In this document: one piece after another, positions 51,846 through 61,625 of the stretch | Layout of the letters: every line of letters begins with the position of its first letter | Numbering within the stretch: position 1 is the first letter of the stretch | DNA from: an uncultured Lachnospiraceae bacterium | GTDB taxonomy: Bacteria; Bacillota; Clostridia; Lachnospirales; Lachnospiraceae | Direction of reading: 5' to 3' | Assembly: GCA_944377405.1 (NCBI GenBank) | Contig: CALWES010000005.1 | Span: 78,901-142,900 of the forward strand | DNA: 64,000 nucleotides | Program-made: the position numbers and the translations under genes | Notes under the pieces: generated by a model | Seen by the model: only the letters and a program-made list of their open reading frames with translations | Databases searched by the model: none | Told to the model about the DNA's origin: nothing

Positions 51846-54014
51846 ATGACGGATTTTTACGATCCCGCTTATTACTGGAACAGGGAGCTGTCCTGGCTTG
51901 ATTTTAATCAACGGATCCTGGAGGAGGCCCGGGACAAGCGCAATCTGCTGTTTGAACGGCTGAAATTTTTAAGCATCACCTCCTCCAACCTGGACGAGTT
52001 TTTCATGGTACGGGTGGCCTCCATCAAGGACATGATCCACGCGGAATATAAAAAACGGGATATTGCGGGCATGACCCCGGAGGAGCAGCTTGCGGCCATT
52101 CAGAAAAAGACCCATGAGATGGTGAACCAGCAGTATTCCACCTACCAGCGCTCCCTGCTGCGGGAGCTTAGGGACAACGGCCTTCGGGTCATTGCCTCCT
52201 ATGACGAGCTGAAGGAGGGAGAGGCGGAGTTTCTGGACCGGTACTTCAAGGAAAACGTATACCCGGTGCTGACTCCCATGGCCTATGATTCCTCGAGGCC
52301 CTTCCCTCTTGTACTGAATAAGACCCTGAACATCGCTGCCCTGGTGCGGCCCAAAAAGCCCACGAAGGAGCAGGGAAGCAAACCGGACTTTGCCATGGTG
52401 CAGGTACCCTCGGTCCTCTCCAGGATCATCGAGCTGCCTGCCAGGACGGAAGAGGGCAAGGTGACGGAGCGTTCCGTGATCTTACTGGAAACGGTGATCG
52501 AAAAGAACATCCATCAGCTTTTTTCCAACTATGACGTGCTCTGTACTTCCCCCTTCCGGATCATGCGGAATGCGGATTTTACCCTGGATGAGGAAGAGGC
52601 CCAGGACCTTCTGGAGGAGATCAGCAAGCAGCTGAAAAAGCGCCGCAGGGGTGAGGTCATCCGTCTGGAGATCGAGGAGAAGCCGGACAAGAAGCTCCTT
52701 AAGATCCTGAAGGAGGAGCTGGAGGTATCCAATGAGGATATCTATGAGATCGGCGGCCCCCTGGACCTGACCTTCCTGATGAAGATGTACGGCCTTCCGG
52801 TCTTTGAGCACCTGAAGGACCCGAAGTATACGCCCCAGCCGGTGCCGGAGCTGATGAACGACAAGGATATCTTTACCAATATCCGGGAGCGGGACATCTT
52901 CCTGCACCACCCCTACGAGACCTTTGACCCGGTGGTAAACTTCGTCCGCACCGCCGCCAGGGACAGTCAGGTACTGGCCATCAAGCAGACCCTTTACCGG
53001 GTAAGCTCCACCTCCCCCATTATCGCAGCCCTGGAAGAGGCTGCCGGGAACGGCAAGCAGGTAACGGTGCTGGTGGAGCTGAAGGCCCGTTTCGACGAGG
53101 AAAACAATATCATCTGGGCAAAACGCCTTGAGAAGGCGGGCTGCCATGTCATATACGGACTGCTGGGACTGAAGACCCACTCCAAGATCACCCTGGTGGT
53201 GCGCCACGAGGAGGACGGGATCCGCAGATACGTGCATCTGGGAACCGGAAACTACAACGATTCCACCGCAAAGCTCTATACGGACTGCGGTATCTTTACG
53301 GCGGACCCCAGGATCGGAGAGGACGCCACTGCGGTGTTCAACATGCTTTCCGGCTATTCCGAGCCGGCGGGCTGGAACGAGCTCTGGTGTGCGCCTCTGT
53401 GGCTTCGGAAACGGCTTCTCACCAGGATCCGCAGGGAGACGGAGAATGCCCGGGAGGGAAAACCCGCAGGCATCATCGCTAAGATGAACTCCCTCTGTGA
53501 TAAGGAGATCATCGCCGCCCTGTATGAGGCATCTGCCGCCGGGGTACAGATCGATCTGATCGTCCGGGGCATCTGCTGCTTAAAGACCGGGATCCCCGGG
53601 GTCAGTGAAAACATCCGGGTCCGCTCCATCGTTGGAAGAAACCTGGAGCACGCCAGGATCACCCGTTTTGAAAACGGAGGAGAGCCCCTTTATTACATGG
53701 GCTCCGCCGACTGGATGCCCAGGAACCTGGATAAGCGGGTGGAGATCGTCTTTCCTGTGCTTTCTCCGGACATCCAGCGAAAGGTTCAGCATATCCTGGA
53801 CGTACAATTGGCAGACAACCTGAACGCCCATGAGCTCCAGCCGGACGGCAGCTACCAGAAGCCGGACCTGCGGGGCAAACGGAAGATATCTTCCCAGAAT
53901 ACATTTATGCGGGAGGCAGAGGAAGCAGCCAGAGCCGTGGAACGGGAAAAGGATCCCCAGCTGACCCGCACCTTTATCCCCATGGAGGCGAAGGAAGGAG
54001 GAAACGATGTCTGA
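51846..54014 (+). CDS. ppk1: Polyphosphate kinase 1
   Basis: YWNRELSWLDFNQRILEEA...RLKFLSI.SSNLDEFFMVRV N-terminus. PLD-like C domains including HSKITLV. Confidence 0.95.
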   Translation: MTDFYDPAYYWNRELSWLDFNQRILEEARDKRNLLFERLKFLSITSSNLDEFFMVRVASIKDMIHAEYKKRDIAGMTPEEQLAAIQKKTHEMVNQQYSTYQRSLLRELRDNGLRVIASYDELKEGEAEFLDRYFKENVYPVLTPMAYDSSRPFPLVLNKTLNIAALVRPKKPTKEQGSKPDFAMVQVPSVLSRIIELPARTEEGKVTERSVILLETVIEKNIHQLFSNYDVLCTSPFRIMRNADFTLDEEEAQDLLEEISKQLKKRRRGEVIRLEIEEKPDKKLLKILKEELEVSNEDIYEIGGPLDLTFLMKMYGLPVFEHLKDPKYTPQPVPELMNDKDIFTNIRERDIFLHHPYETFDPVVNFVRTAARDSQVLAIKQTLYRVSSTSPIIAALEEAAGNGKQVTVLVELKARFDEENNIIWAKRLEKAGCHVIYGLLGLKTHSKITLVVRHEEDGIRRYVHLGTGNYNDSTAKLYTDCGIFTADPRIGEDATAVFNMLSGYSEPAGWNELWCAPLWLRKRLLTRIRRETENAREGKPAGIIAKMNSLCDKEIIAALYEASAAGVQIDLIVRGICCLKTGIPGVSENIRVRSIVGRNLEHARITRFENGGEPLYYMGSADWMPRNLDKRVEIVFPVLSPDIQRKVQHILDVQLADNLNAHELQPDGSYQKPDLRGKRKISSQNTFMREAEEAARAVEREKDPQLTRTFIPMEAKEGGNDV

Positions 54015-54714
54015 TATCAGTATACTTGTAGTGGATGACGAGCAGGAGATCGCGGATCTGGTGGAGATCTATCTGGTTTCCGACGGTTACCGGGTCTTCA
54101 AGGCCCAGAACGCAGAGGAAGGACTTCGGATCCTGCGGGAGGAGGAGATCCATCTCGTGCTTCTGGATATTATGATGCCCGGTATGGACGGGATCCAGAT
54201 GTGCAAGCGCATCCGGGAGAAAAGCAACATCCCCATCATCATGCTTTCCGCAAAGAGCTCCGATCTGGATAAGATCATGGGCCTTGGCACGGGGGCAGAC
54301 GACTATGTTACGAAGCCCTTCAACCCCCTGGAGCTTACCGCCAGGGTAAAGTCCCAGCTTCGCCGCTATACCCAGCTGAACCCCAACAACAACGGAGGCG
54401 GAGAGCGGGAGGCCAACGAGATCAATATCCGGGGCTTAAGCATCAATAAGGACAATCACAAGGTCACCATCGACGGGGAGGAGATCAAGCTGACTCCCAT
54501 CGAGTTCGATATTCTGTACCTGCTGGCCTCCAATCCCGGAAAGGTATTCTCCACCGACGAGATCTTTGAACGGGTATGGAATGAGAAGGTCTATGAGGCT
54601 AACAACACCGTCATGGTCCACATCCGGAGGCTCAGAGGCAAGATGAAGGAGGACCAGAGACAGGATAAGATCATATCAACGGTATGGGGAGTGGGATATA
54701 AAATTGAAAAATGA
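54007..54714 (+). CDS. OmpR-family response regulator
   Basis: Receiver domain (ILVVDDEQ...LVLLDIMMPGMDG...KPF) plus winged helix (MVHIRRLRGKM...VWGVGYK). Overlaps the ppk1 stop by 8 nt. Confidence 0.9.
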   Translation: MSDISILVVDDEQEIADLVEIYLVSDGYRVFKAQNAEEGLRILREEEIHLVLLDIMMPGMDGIQMCKRIREKSNIPIIMLSAKSSDLDKIMGLGTGADDYVTKPFNPLELTARVKSQLRRYTQLNPNNNGGGEREANEINIRGLSINKDNHKVTIDGEEIKLTPIEFDILYLLASNPGKVFSTDEIFERVWNEKVYEANNTVMVHIRRLRGKMKEDQRQDKIISTVWGVGYKIEK

Positions 54715-55837
54715 TGTAACAAAGCGCTACCGCACCCGCTTTATCGTCAGTATCATAGTGGCTGCTTTCTGCAGCTGTGCCATGGAGGGCCTGCTTATAT
54801 TCAATATGGGCAGGCTTCTTGCCTTTTTTTCGGGTACCGGGACCGGGGCGGATACGGCCCTGATCCACAGCTCCGCAGCCATCCTTCTGTACCTTCTGAG
54901 CGGCATGGCCATCTTCGTCCTGATCTTTTATCTTATGCAGCGGCGTCCCCTGGGGTACATCGGCCAGATCGCAGATGGGATCCGGCGGATCGCAGACGGG
55001 GACCTGGAGACCAGGATCGAGGTCCGGGGAGACGATGAATTTTCCGAGATGGCGGAAAACATCAACAAGATGACGGTGGAGCTTCGGGAGCTTCTGTCCA
55101 TCGAGCGGGAGGCGGAGCAGTCCAAGACGGATCTGATCACCAACATCGCCCACGATCTGAAGACCCCCCTTACCTCCATCATCGGCTATCTGGAACTCCT
55201 TTCCGGGAACAAGGTCCAGCTCTCCCCGGAGATGCAGCAGAAATATCTGGCTATCGCCTATAACAAGTCCCGCAGGCTGGAGCAGCTGATCGCTGACCTC
55301 TTCAGCTTCACCAAGCTGAGCTACGGAAAGATCACCATGCGGGTAAGCTACGTGGATATCGTAAAGCTTCTGTCCCAGCTGCTGGAGGAATCCTACCCCA
55401 GCTTTGTGGAGAAGGGGCTTTCCTACGAGCTGAAGTCCAATGTGCCGGCCCTGGAGATCGCCGCGGACGGAAGCCTCCTGGCCCGACTCTTTGAGAACCT
55501 GATCGGAAACGCCATCAAGTACGGGGCGGACGGAAAACGGGTCACGGTGCGGATCAACGCGGAGGAGGAAAACGACGCGGTGGAGGTCCAGGTCATCAAT
55601 TACGGCTATGTGATCCCGGAGAAGGATCTGCCTCTGATCTTCAACAAGTTCTACCGGGTGGATCAGTCCCGTTCCACCCAGACCGGAGGAACCGGCCTGG
55701 GACTGGCCATTGCAAAGGACATCGCTCAGATGCACGGCGGCAGCATAGCCGTCAGCTCGGACCTGTCCGGCACGGTATTTACGGTGCGGCTGAAGATTCA
55801 TTTTGACAAAAACAAGGAAAATTTTGTGAGGGCTTAA
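54704..55837 (+). CDS. Sensor histidine kinase (two TM helices, short loop, HAMP, HisKA, HATPase)
   Basis: H-box NIAHDLKTPLTSIIGY, N-box NLIGNAIKY, G-boxes GTGLGLAI. TTG start overlaps the regulator stop. Confidence 0.85.
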   Translation: MKNDVTKRYRTRFIVSIIVAAFCSCAMEGLLIFNMGRLLAFFSGTGTGADTALIHSSAAILLYLLSGMAIFVLIFYLMQRRPLGYIGQIADGIRRIADGDLETRIEVRGDDEFSEMAENINKMTVELRELLSIEREAEQSKTDLITNIAHDLKTPLTSIIGYLELLSGNKVQLSPEMQQKYLAIAYNKSRRLEQLIADLFSFTKLSYGKITMRVSYVDIVKLLSQLLEESYPSFVEKGLSYELKSNVPALEIAADGSLLARLFENLIGNAIKYGADGKRVTVRINAEEENDAVEVQVINYGYVIPEKDLPLIFNKFYRVDQSRSTQTGGTGLGLAIAKDIAQMHGGSIAVSSDLSGTVFTVRLKIHFDKNKENFVRA

Positions 55838-55839
55838 GC

Positions 55840-58332
55840 ATGGGTATTTTCCCAAAGGGAAAACTGAAAGTATGTCTGGCACTGGCGTGGACCTGCCTGC
55901 TCCTTTGTCCCTTAAGGACCCCCGGGGCTCCGGAGGAGACCGCCGGGCCAGAGGCGGAGGTGGAGATCGGCACCCTGGAGGAGGAGTCGGATATCGATCT
56001 GTCCCTCTATTACGGATATCAGAATACGGCCAAGTCCGGCAGATATCTGCCGGTGACCATCAGCATCCAAAACGGCAGAGAAAGCGCCATCGAAGGCCGG
56101 GTCCTCCTTTCCGTGGAGGAGCCTGGAAACGGGACCGTAAGCTACGAATATGAGGTGTCCGTGCCGGAGAACTCCGAACAGGAGATCAGGGGCACCATCT
56201 CCGTCTCCAGGGAGGCGGAAAATGCGGACCTGATCCTCACGGATGAGGAGGGCAGGGTCCTAGCGGAAAAGCAGACCTCCATCCGTATCCAGGGCAGTGA
56301 GAACGAGCTCCTCATCGGGATCCTCAGCGACAGCCCCCAGGAGCTCTCCTATTTCCGTGGGGTCAGCATCGCCAATTCTCCCCTCCGGACCAGGACCGTA
56401 TTCCTGAATCCGGCGGACTTTCCGGAGACGAAGGAGGGACTGTCTCAGCTGGATATCCTGCTGATCAGCAACTACAGCATGCGGAAGCTCTCGGAAGAGA
56501 CGGCAGGGGTCATCAGCGAATGGGTCCGGGACGGAGGCGCTCTGCTGATGGGAACGGGAGACAGCCTGAATCCACTGGGCCCCCTGGAGGAATATCTGCC
56601 GGAGGTGGAGATCGGACTTCCGGAGACAAGACAGGTGAACATGGGACTCCAGTACAGCACGGAGGGACCGGACGGAGCCGTGATCGAGCTTTCCGTAAGC
56701 CGGGTCTACGCCCCGGAGGGGACCCAGGTCCTGCAGTCGGATGACCTGGCGATCCTGACGACCCTGCCCATGGGAAACGGGATCCTGGGGATCACGGCCT
56801 ATGATCTCTGCGACATCCGGCAGTTCTGCACGGAGCAGATCGGCTATACGGACGCCCTGCTCCAGGCCTTTCTGGGCAGCGCCCGGCTGCAGCAGCTTTC
56901 CACCCTGCGGGGAGAGGCTGCGGAGGAATACGGGATCCGGGAAGCCCTGGTGGATCTCTGGGATCCGGAGCGGATGCCGAATATCAGCTTTTATTTTGCA
57001 GTGGCCCTGATCTATATCCTGCTGGTGGGGCCCGGGGCCTACCTTCTGCTCAGGCAGAGGGGACTTGCGGTCTACTATCCCCTGTCGGTGCTCTGTGTAT
57101 CGGCAGTGACGGCCCTGATCATCTTCTTTGCGGGACTTGGTACGAATTTCAATGGTCCCTATATCGAGTATGCGGCCATCCGGGAGCACTCCGGAGAGAA
57201 GATCTCGGAGACGGAGATCCTGAGCCTGTCCGTTACGGACCGGTCCACGGTGCGTCTCGACCTGTCGCCGGAGTATTCCGTCCAGCCAGTCTCCCAGGAG
57301 CCCAGGACCCTTTCGGGACCGGAGGCCCTGCTGGGAGATCAGGGAGAGCGGAACATCCTCATTGGTTCCACGGAAGAGGGGCGCTATATCGAAGGCTCTG
57401 GCTTAAAGCCCTTCTCCGGGGAGCTCTTTGAGCTCTACAGCAGCAGGGAGAATCAGGAGGCCCAGGGCTCAGGCCTTAAGGCGGATATCCATTTTTACGA
57501 GGATGCCCTCATCGGCACCATTACAAACGAGGGAACGGAGGATCTGACGGACGCGGCCCTGCTGATGTACGGACGGATCGTCTCCATCGGAGATATCCCG
57601 GCGGGGGAGACCCTGGATCTTTCCGGCCTTCAGGTGGACTACGGCCCCGCAGGCTCCGGAAAGCTCCTGTCGGAGTATATCACGGAGCTTCCCTCCATCA
57701 CGGACCGGAGGGGCAGGGCCTATGTGACAGCCCTGGGAAAGACCAGGCTCCTTTCCTATTACCTGGATGAATCCCTGAACGGCTACTACAGCGGAGCCAG
57801 ACTCCTGGCTTTCCGCAGGGAAGAGTCGGAGCGGCTTCCCTCCGTCCTGACGGAGGGGGTTGAGAGCCACGGCAGGACCCTCTATATTGAGAACTTCCCG
57901 GTGGACAACCGGGAGGGGCAGGAGGTATACAGCTGTGCCCTTTCTCCGGAGCCTAAAGTGGTATCCGGGGAATATGAGGCAGGCAACAACACCACCAGGG
58001 GCACGGCCTCCGTGATCCTGGAGTATTCCCTTGGCAGCGATCTTTCCGTGACGGCCCTTCGCTTCAACAGCCTTTCCGAAGCCTTTGAGGGAAGGACGGA
58101 TGGGGCAGGACACAGGCTTTCGGCCTTCCGGGGCACCCGGGCCCTCTATAATTACACCACCAGCTCCTATGACACCTTAAGCAGCAGCATGACGGAGCTT
58201 TCCGGAGAGGAGATCCTTCCCTATTTGTCCCCCTCCAACACGGTGACGGTACGGTATATCCCGGATGAAAATTCTTCGGAGGATACCCTGATGTTCCTTC
58301 CGGTATTGATGGTTACGGGGGTGGAAAACTGA
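55840..58332 (+). CDS. 830-aa uncharacterised envelope protein (signal peptide, ~350-aa domain, two TM helices, ~390-aa domain), possibly a GldG-like ABC auxiliary component
   Basis: N-terminal hydrophobic leader. TM helices at about residues 382-404 and 411-434. LDILLISN...VISEWVRDGGALLMGTG resembles the GATase1-like fold of ABC_transp_aux/GldG-type proteins. Confidence 0.5.
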   Translation: MGIFPKGKLKVCLALAWTCLLLCPLRTPGAPEETAGPEAEVEIGTLEEESDIDLSLYYGYQNTAKSGRYLPVTISIQNGRESAIEGRVLLSVEEPGNGTVSYEYEVSVPENSEQEIRGTISVSREAENADLILTDEEGRVLAEKQTSIRIQGSENELLIGILSDSPQELSYFRGVSIANSPLRTRTVFLNPADFPETKEGLSQLDILLISNYSMRKLSEETAGVISEWVRDGGALLMGTGDSLNPLGPLEEYLPEVEIGLPETRQVNMGLQYSTEGPDGAVIELSVSRVYAPEGTQVLQSDDLAILTTLPMGNGILGITAYDLCDIRQFCTEQIGYTDALLQAFLGSARLQQLSTLRGEAAEEYGIREALVDLWDPERMPNISFYFAVALIYILLVGPGAYLLLRQRGLAVYYPLSVLCVSAVTALIIFFAGLGTNFNGPYIEYAAIREHSGEKISETEILSLSVTDRSTVRLDLSPEYSVQPVSQEPRTLSGPEALLGDQGERNILIGSTEEGRYIEGSGLKPFSGELFELYSSRENQEAQGSGLKADIHFYEDALIGTITNEGTEDLTDAALLMYGRIVSIGDIPAGETLDLSGLQVDYGPAGSGKLLSEYITELPSITDRRGRAYVTALGKTRLLSYYLDESLNGYYSGARLLAFRREESERLPSVLTEGVESHGRTLYIENFPVDNREGQEVYSCALSPEPKVVSGEYEAGNNTTRGTASVILEYSLGSDLSVTALRFNSLSEAFEGRTDGAGHRLSAFRGTRALYNYTTSSYDTLSSSMTELSGEEILPYLSPSNTVTVRYIPDENSSEDTLMFLPVLMVTGVEN

Positions 58333-59300
58333 TGCTCAGGATGGAAAATGTAAAAAAATTCTACGGCCAGGTCTGTGCTCTGGACGGCCTTACCCTGAGC
58401 ATTGAGGACGGAGCCCTCTACGGCTTCGTAGGGCCCAACGGCGCGGGAAAGACAACGGCCATCAAGATCATGGCAGGGATCCTTTATCCCGACGAGGGAA
58501 CCGTGACCATAGACGATATGGAGGCAGGGGCGGAGAACCGCCGGCTGAAGCGGCGGATCGGCTATGTGCCGGATACCTTCGGGGTATATCACAACCTGAA
58601 GGTGTCGGAATACATGGAGTTCTTTGCCGCCTGCTATCAGATCAACGGACTGACGGCCCGGAAGCGGATCGCAAAGCTTCTGGGGCTTATGAACCTTTCG
58701 GACCGGGAGGATTTCTATGTGGACGCTTTGTCCCGGGGCATGAAGCAGAAGCTCTCCCTGGCCAGGGCTCTGATCCACGATCCAAAGATCCTGATCCTGG
58801 ACGAGCCCACCTCGGGACTTGATCCCGGGACCCGCTTTGAGTTCAAGCAGATCATCGGAGAGCTTTCCGAGCAGGGAAAGACCATCTTTATCAGCTCCCA
58901 TATCCTCAGCGATATCTCGGAGCTCTGTACGGATATCGGCATCATTGACCAGGGACACATCGTCATGTCCGGAAGGCTCAATGAGGTCATGAAGATGGTA
59001 ACGGAGCAGAATCCCATCGTCATCACCATGGCGGCCAGGATCACGGAGGCCATCCGGCTCCTGAAGGCCCAGCCCCAGGTCAGGTCCCTGTCCATCAGAG
59101 GCAACGATATCCGGATCAACTATAACGGAAGTCAGAGGAAGGAAGCAGAGCTTCTGCGGATGCTGGTGGAGGCGGGGCTTCCGGTCCGGAGCTTTTCCAG
59201 GGAGAAGGGATCCCTGGAGGCGATCTTCATGCAGCTGACGGGCCATGGAGAGGAACGGACCATCCTGTCCTGGGAGGAGGGAGAAGAAGATGAATATTAA
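58332..59300 (+). CDS. ABC transporter ATP-binding protein (ABC-2 / DrrA-like subfamily)
   Basis: Walker A GPNGAGKTT, signature LSRGMKQK, Walker B LILDEPTSGLD. The start overlaps the upstream stop (ATGA-type). Confidence 0.9.
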   Translation: MLRMENVKKFYGQVCALDGLTLSIEDGALYGFVGPNGAGKTTAIKIMAGILYPDEGTVTIDDMEAGAENRRLKRRIGYVPDTFGVYHNLKVSEYMEFFAACYQINGLTARKRIAKLLGLMNLSDREDFYVDALSRGMKQKLSLARALIHDPKILILDEPTSGLDPGTRFEFKQIIGELSEQGKTIFISSHILSDISELCTDIGIIDQGHIVMSGRLNEVMKMVTEQNPIVITMAARITEAIRLLKAQPQVRSLSIRGNDIRINYNGSQRKEAELLRMLVEAGLPVRSFSREKGSLEAIFMQLTGHGEERTILSWEEGEEDEY

Positions 59301-60156
59301 CCCGATCCTGAAACGGGAGATCATGGTACAGAGCCGCAGCTTAAGGCTGCCCATGCTGGTGTCCGGCATCAACCTGCTCCTCTTTATGACGGCCCTTCTG
59401 GGCATGTTCGGGATCCTGTCCCGGATGCAGCTTCTGGCGGAACGGGAGTACGGCAGCTTCCTGGCGCTTTACGGGACCGTGGTGTTCCTGGCCTTTATCC
59501 TGCTGCTTTTCGTGACGCCTTCCCTGACGGCGGGAAGCATCAGCATGGAACGGTCCATGGAGACCCTGGATCTGATGCTCACCACCCAGATGTCCCCCTT
59601 AAGGATCATGACGGGAAAGCTCAGCGCTTCCGCCTTTTCCGTGTGCATCCTTCTCTGCTCCTGCATTCCGGTGATGCTTCTGCCCCTGGTTTACGGAGGC
59701 ATCAGTTTTTCGGATGTGGCGGCTCTGGTCCTGGTCTTTGCCCTGGAGGCCCTGGTGCTCCTTTGCATCGGCCTTTTTGCCAGTTCCCTCAGCCGGAACA
59801 CGGTGCGGGCAACGGCAGGGGCCTACGGCCTCACCGCAGCCCTCTGTATCGGCTTTCCGGTGCTGGGCCTTCTGCTAAGCCCCTTCTTCCGGACGGGCGG
59901 GAACTATTTTGCCTGCCTGCTCCTTCTGAATCCTGCGGCCTGCGTGGGAAGCATGGTGGCGGAACAGACAGGCTACGGGGAGCTTCTGTCGGAGATCTTC
60001 CAGCGGATGTCCTTTGTCCCGGGAAATGCCCTGGTGCGCTTCTTCGTACCCGTGAGCCTCCTGTCCCAGCTGGCCCTGGCCTTTATCCTGCTCCTTCTGT
60101 CCGTGGTGGACATCACCCCGAAGCGGGGCGGGAACCGGAGAGAAAGAAAATCCTGA
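59290..60156 (+). CDS. ABC-2 family permease (COG1277 / GldF-NosY-like)
   Basis: Six TM helices and the SISMERSMETLDLMLTTQMSP...GKL motif typical of this family. ATG 59290 overlaps the ATPase stop. Confidence 0.8.
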   Translation: MNINPILKREIMVQSRSLRLPMLVSGINLLLFMTALLGMFGILSRMQLLAEREYGSFLALYGTVVFLAFILLLFVTPSLTAGSISMERSMETLDLMLTTQMSPLRIMTGKLSASAFSVCILLCSCIPVMLLPLVYGGISFSDVAALVLVFALEALVLLCIGLFASSLSRNTVRATAGAYGLTAALCIGFPVLGLLLSPFFRTGGNYFACLLLLNPAACVGSMVAEQTGYGELLSEIFQRMSFVPGNALVRFFVPVSLLSQLALAFILLLLSVVDITPKRGGNRRERKS

Positions 60157-60163
60157 AAAGCCC

Positions 60164-60192
60164 TTGCCAAAACAAATGCGGTATGATATAGT
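60164..60192 (+). promoter_or_regulatory. Sigma-A promoter for the metK leader
   Basis: TTGCCA, 17 nt spacer, TATAGT with TGa extended -10. Confidence 0.6.
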
Positions 60193-60220
60193 ACCATCCG
60201 CAGTCAATCAAATAGGAATT

Positions 60221-60326
60221 CCTTGTTCAGAGTGATGGAGGTACAGAGGACCTGTGAAGTCACGGCAACCCCGCAGCCTGCGGAAGGTGCCCGCCTGAGC
60301 GAAGCAGTATGTTTCGAACAACAAGG
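60221..60326 (+). promoter_or_regulatory. SAM-I (S-box) riboswitch aptamer
   Basis: P1 CCTTGTT/AACAAGG. Conserved CAGAG, GGAGG, GAAG...GGCAACC, P3 hairpin CCGCAG-CC-TGCGG and AAGGTGCC. Lies upstream of metK. Confidence 0.85.
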
Positions 60327-60342
60327 TTGAAGAGAAAGATTC

Positions 60343-60376
60343 AACGCCGTGTTCGATGGAACGCGGCGTTTTTTTG
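60343..60376 (+). terminator. Riboswitch expression-platform terminator
   Basis: AACGCCGTG...CGCGGCGTT hairpin followed by TTTTTT. Confidence 0.85.
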
Positions 60377-60422
60377 GAATTCCGGGCTGGAAACAGCAGT
60401 TACAGATGAAAAAGGAGGCTTT

Positions 60423-61625
60423 ATGAACAAAGAGAGACGTTTGTTTACATCCGAGAGCGTAACGGAAGGACATCCCGACAAGATCTGCGACCAGATCTCA
60501 GACGCGATCCTGGACGCCCTTCTGGCAGAGGATCCCATGAGCCGGGTGGCCTGCGAGACCGCCTGCACCACGGGACTCGTGCTGGTGATGGGAGAGGTGA
60601 CCACCCACGCCTATGCGGATATCCAGAAGATCGTAAGGGAGACGGTCCGGGAGATCGGTTATGACAGAGCAAAGTACGGCTTTGACTGTGATACCTGCGG
60701 CGTGATCGTCAGTCTGGATGAACAGTCCGGAGACATCGCCATGGGAGTGGATCACTCCCTGGAGGCAAAGGAAAACAAGATGACCGAGGAGGAGATCGAC
60801 GATATCGGCGCCGGCGACCAGGGCATGATGTTCGGCTATGCCTGCAATGAGACCCCGGAGCTGATGCCCTATCCCATCATGCTGGCCCACAAGCTCACCA
60901 GACAGCTGTCCAGGGTCCGGAAGGACGGTACCCTGAAGTACCTGCGTCCTGACGGAAAGTCCCAGGTAACGGTGGAGTACGATGAGAACGACAGGCCCAT
61001 CCGCCTGGAGGCAGTGGTGCTGTCCACCCAGCATAACCCGGAGATCACCCACGAGCAGATCGAGGAGGACATCCGGAAATATGTATTCGATCCCATTCTG
61101 CCGAAGGATATGATCGACGAAAATACGAAGTTCTTTATCAACCCCACAGGCCGCTTCGTCATCGGAGGACCCCAGGGCGATTCCGGACTGACAGGCCGGA
61201 AGCTCATCGTGGATACCTACGGCGGATTTGCCCGCCACGGCGGCGGCGCATTCTCCGGAAAGGACCCCACAAAGGTGGACCGTACCGCCTGCTATGCAGC
61301 CCGCTACGCGGCAAAGAACATCGTGGCGGCAGGCCTTGCAGACCGCTGTGAGATCCAGCTGAGCTATGCCATCGGCGTAGCCCACCCCACCTCCATCATG
61401 GTGGACACCTTCGGTACCGGAAAGGTAAGCGACGCAAAGCTGACCCAGGCCCTGCGGAAGGTATTCGACTTCCGCCCGGCAGGCATGATCCGGATGCTGG
61501 ACCTCAGAAGGCCCATCTACAAGCAGACGGCGGCCTATGGCCACTTCGGAAGGACGGACATCGACCTCCCCTGGGAGCGCACGGATAAAACAGAGGAACT
61601 GAAGAAGGCGGTTGCAGAATCATGA
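60423..61625 (+). CDS. metK: S-adenosylmethionine synthetase
   Basis: [38 protein letters not shown] and [15 protein letters not shown] motifs. ATG 60423 follows AAAGGAGG. Confidence 0.97.
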   Translation: MNKERRLFTSESVTEGHPDKICDQISDAILDALLAEDPMSRVACETACTTGLVLVMGEVTTHAYADIQKIVRETVREIGYDRAKYGFDCDTCGVIVSLDEQSGDIAMGVDHSLEAKENKMTEEEIDDIGAGDQGMMFGYACNETPELMPYPIMLAHKLTRQLSRVRKDGTLKYLRPDGKSQVTVEYDENDRPIRLEAVVLSTQHNPEITHEQIEEDIRKYVFDPILPKDMIDENTKFFINPTGRFVIGGPQGDSGLTGRKLIVDTYGGFARHGGGAFSGKDPTKVDRTACYAARYAAKNIVAAGLADRCEIQLSYAIGVAHPTSIMVDTFGTGKVSDAKLTQALRKVFDFRPAGMIRMLDLRRPIYKQTAAYGHFGRTDIDLPWERTDKTEELKKAVAES

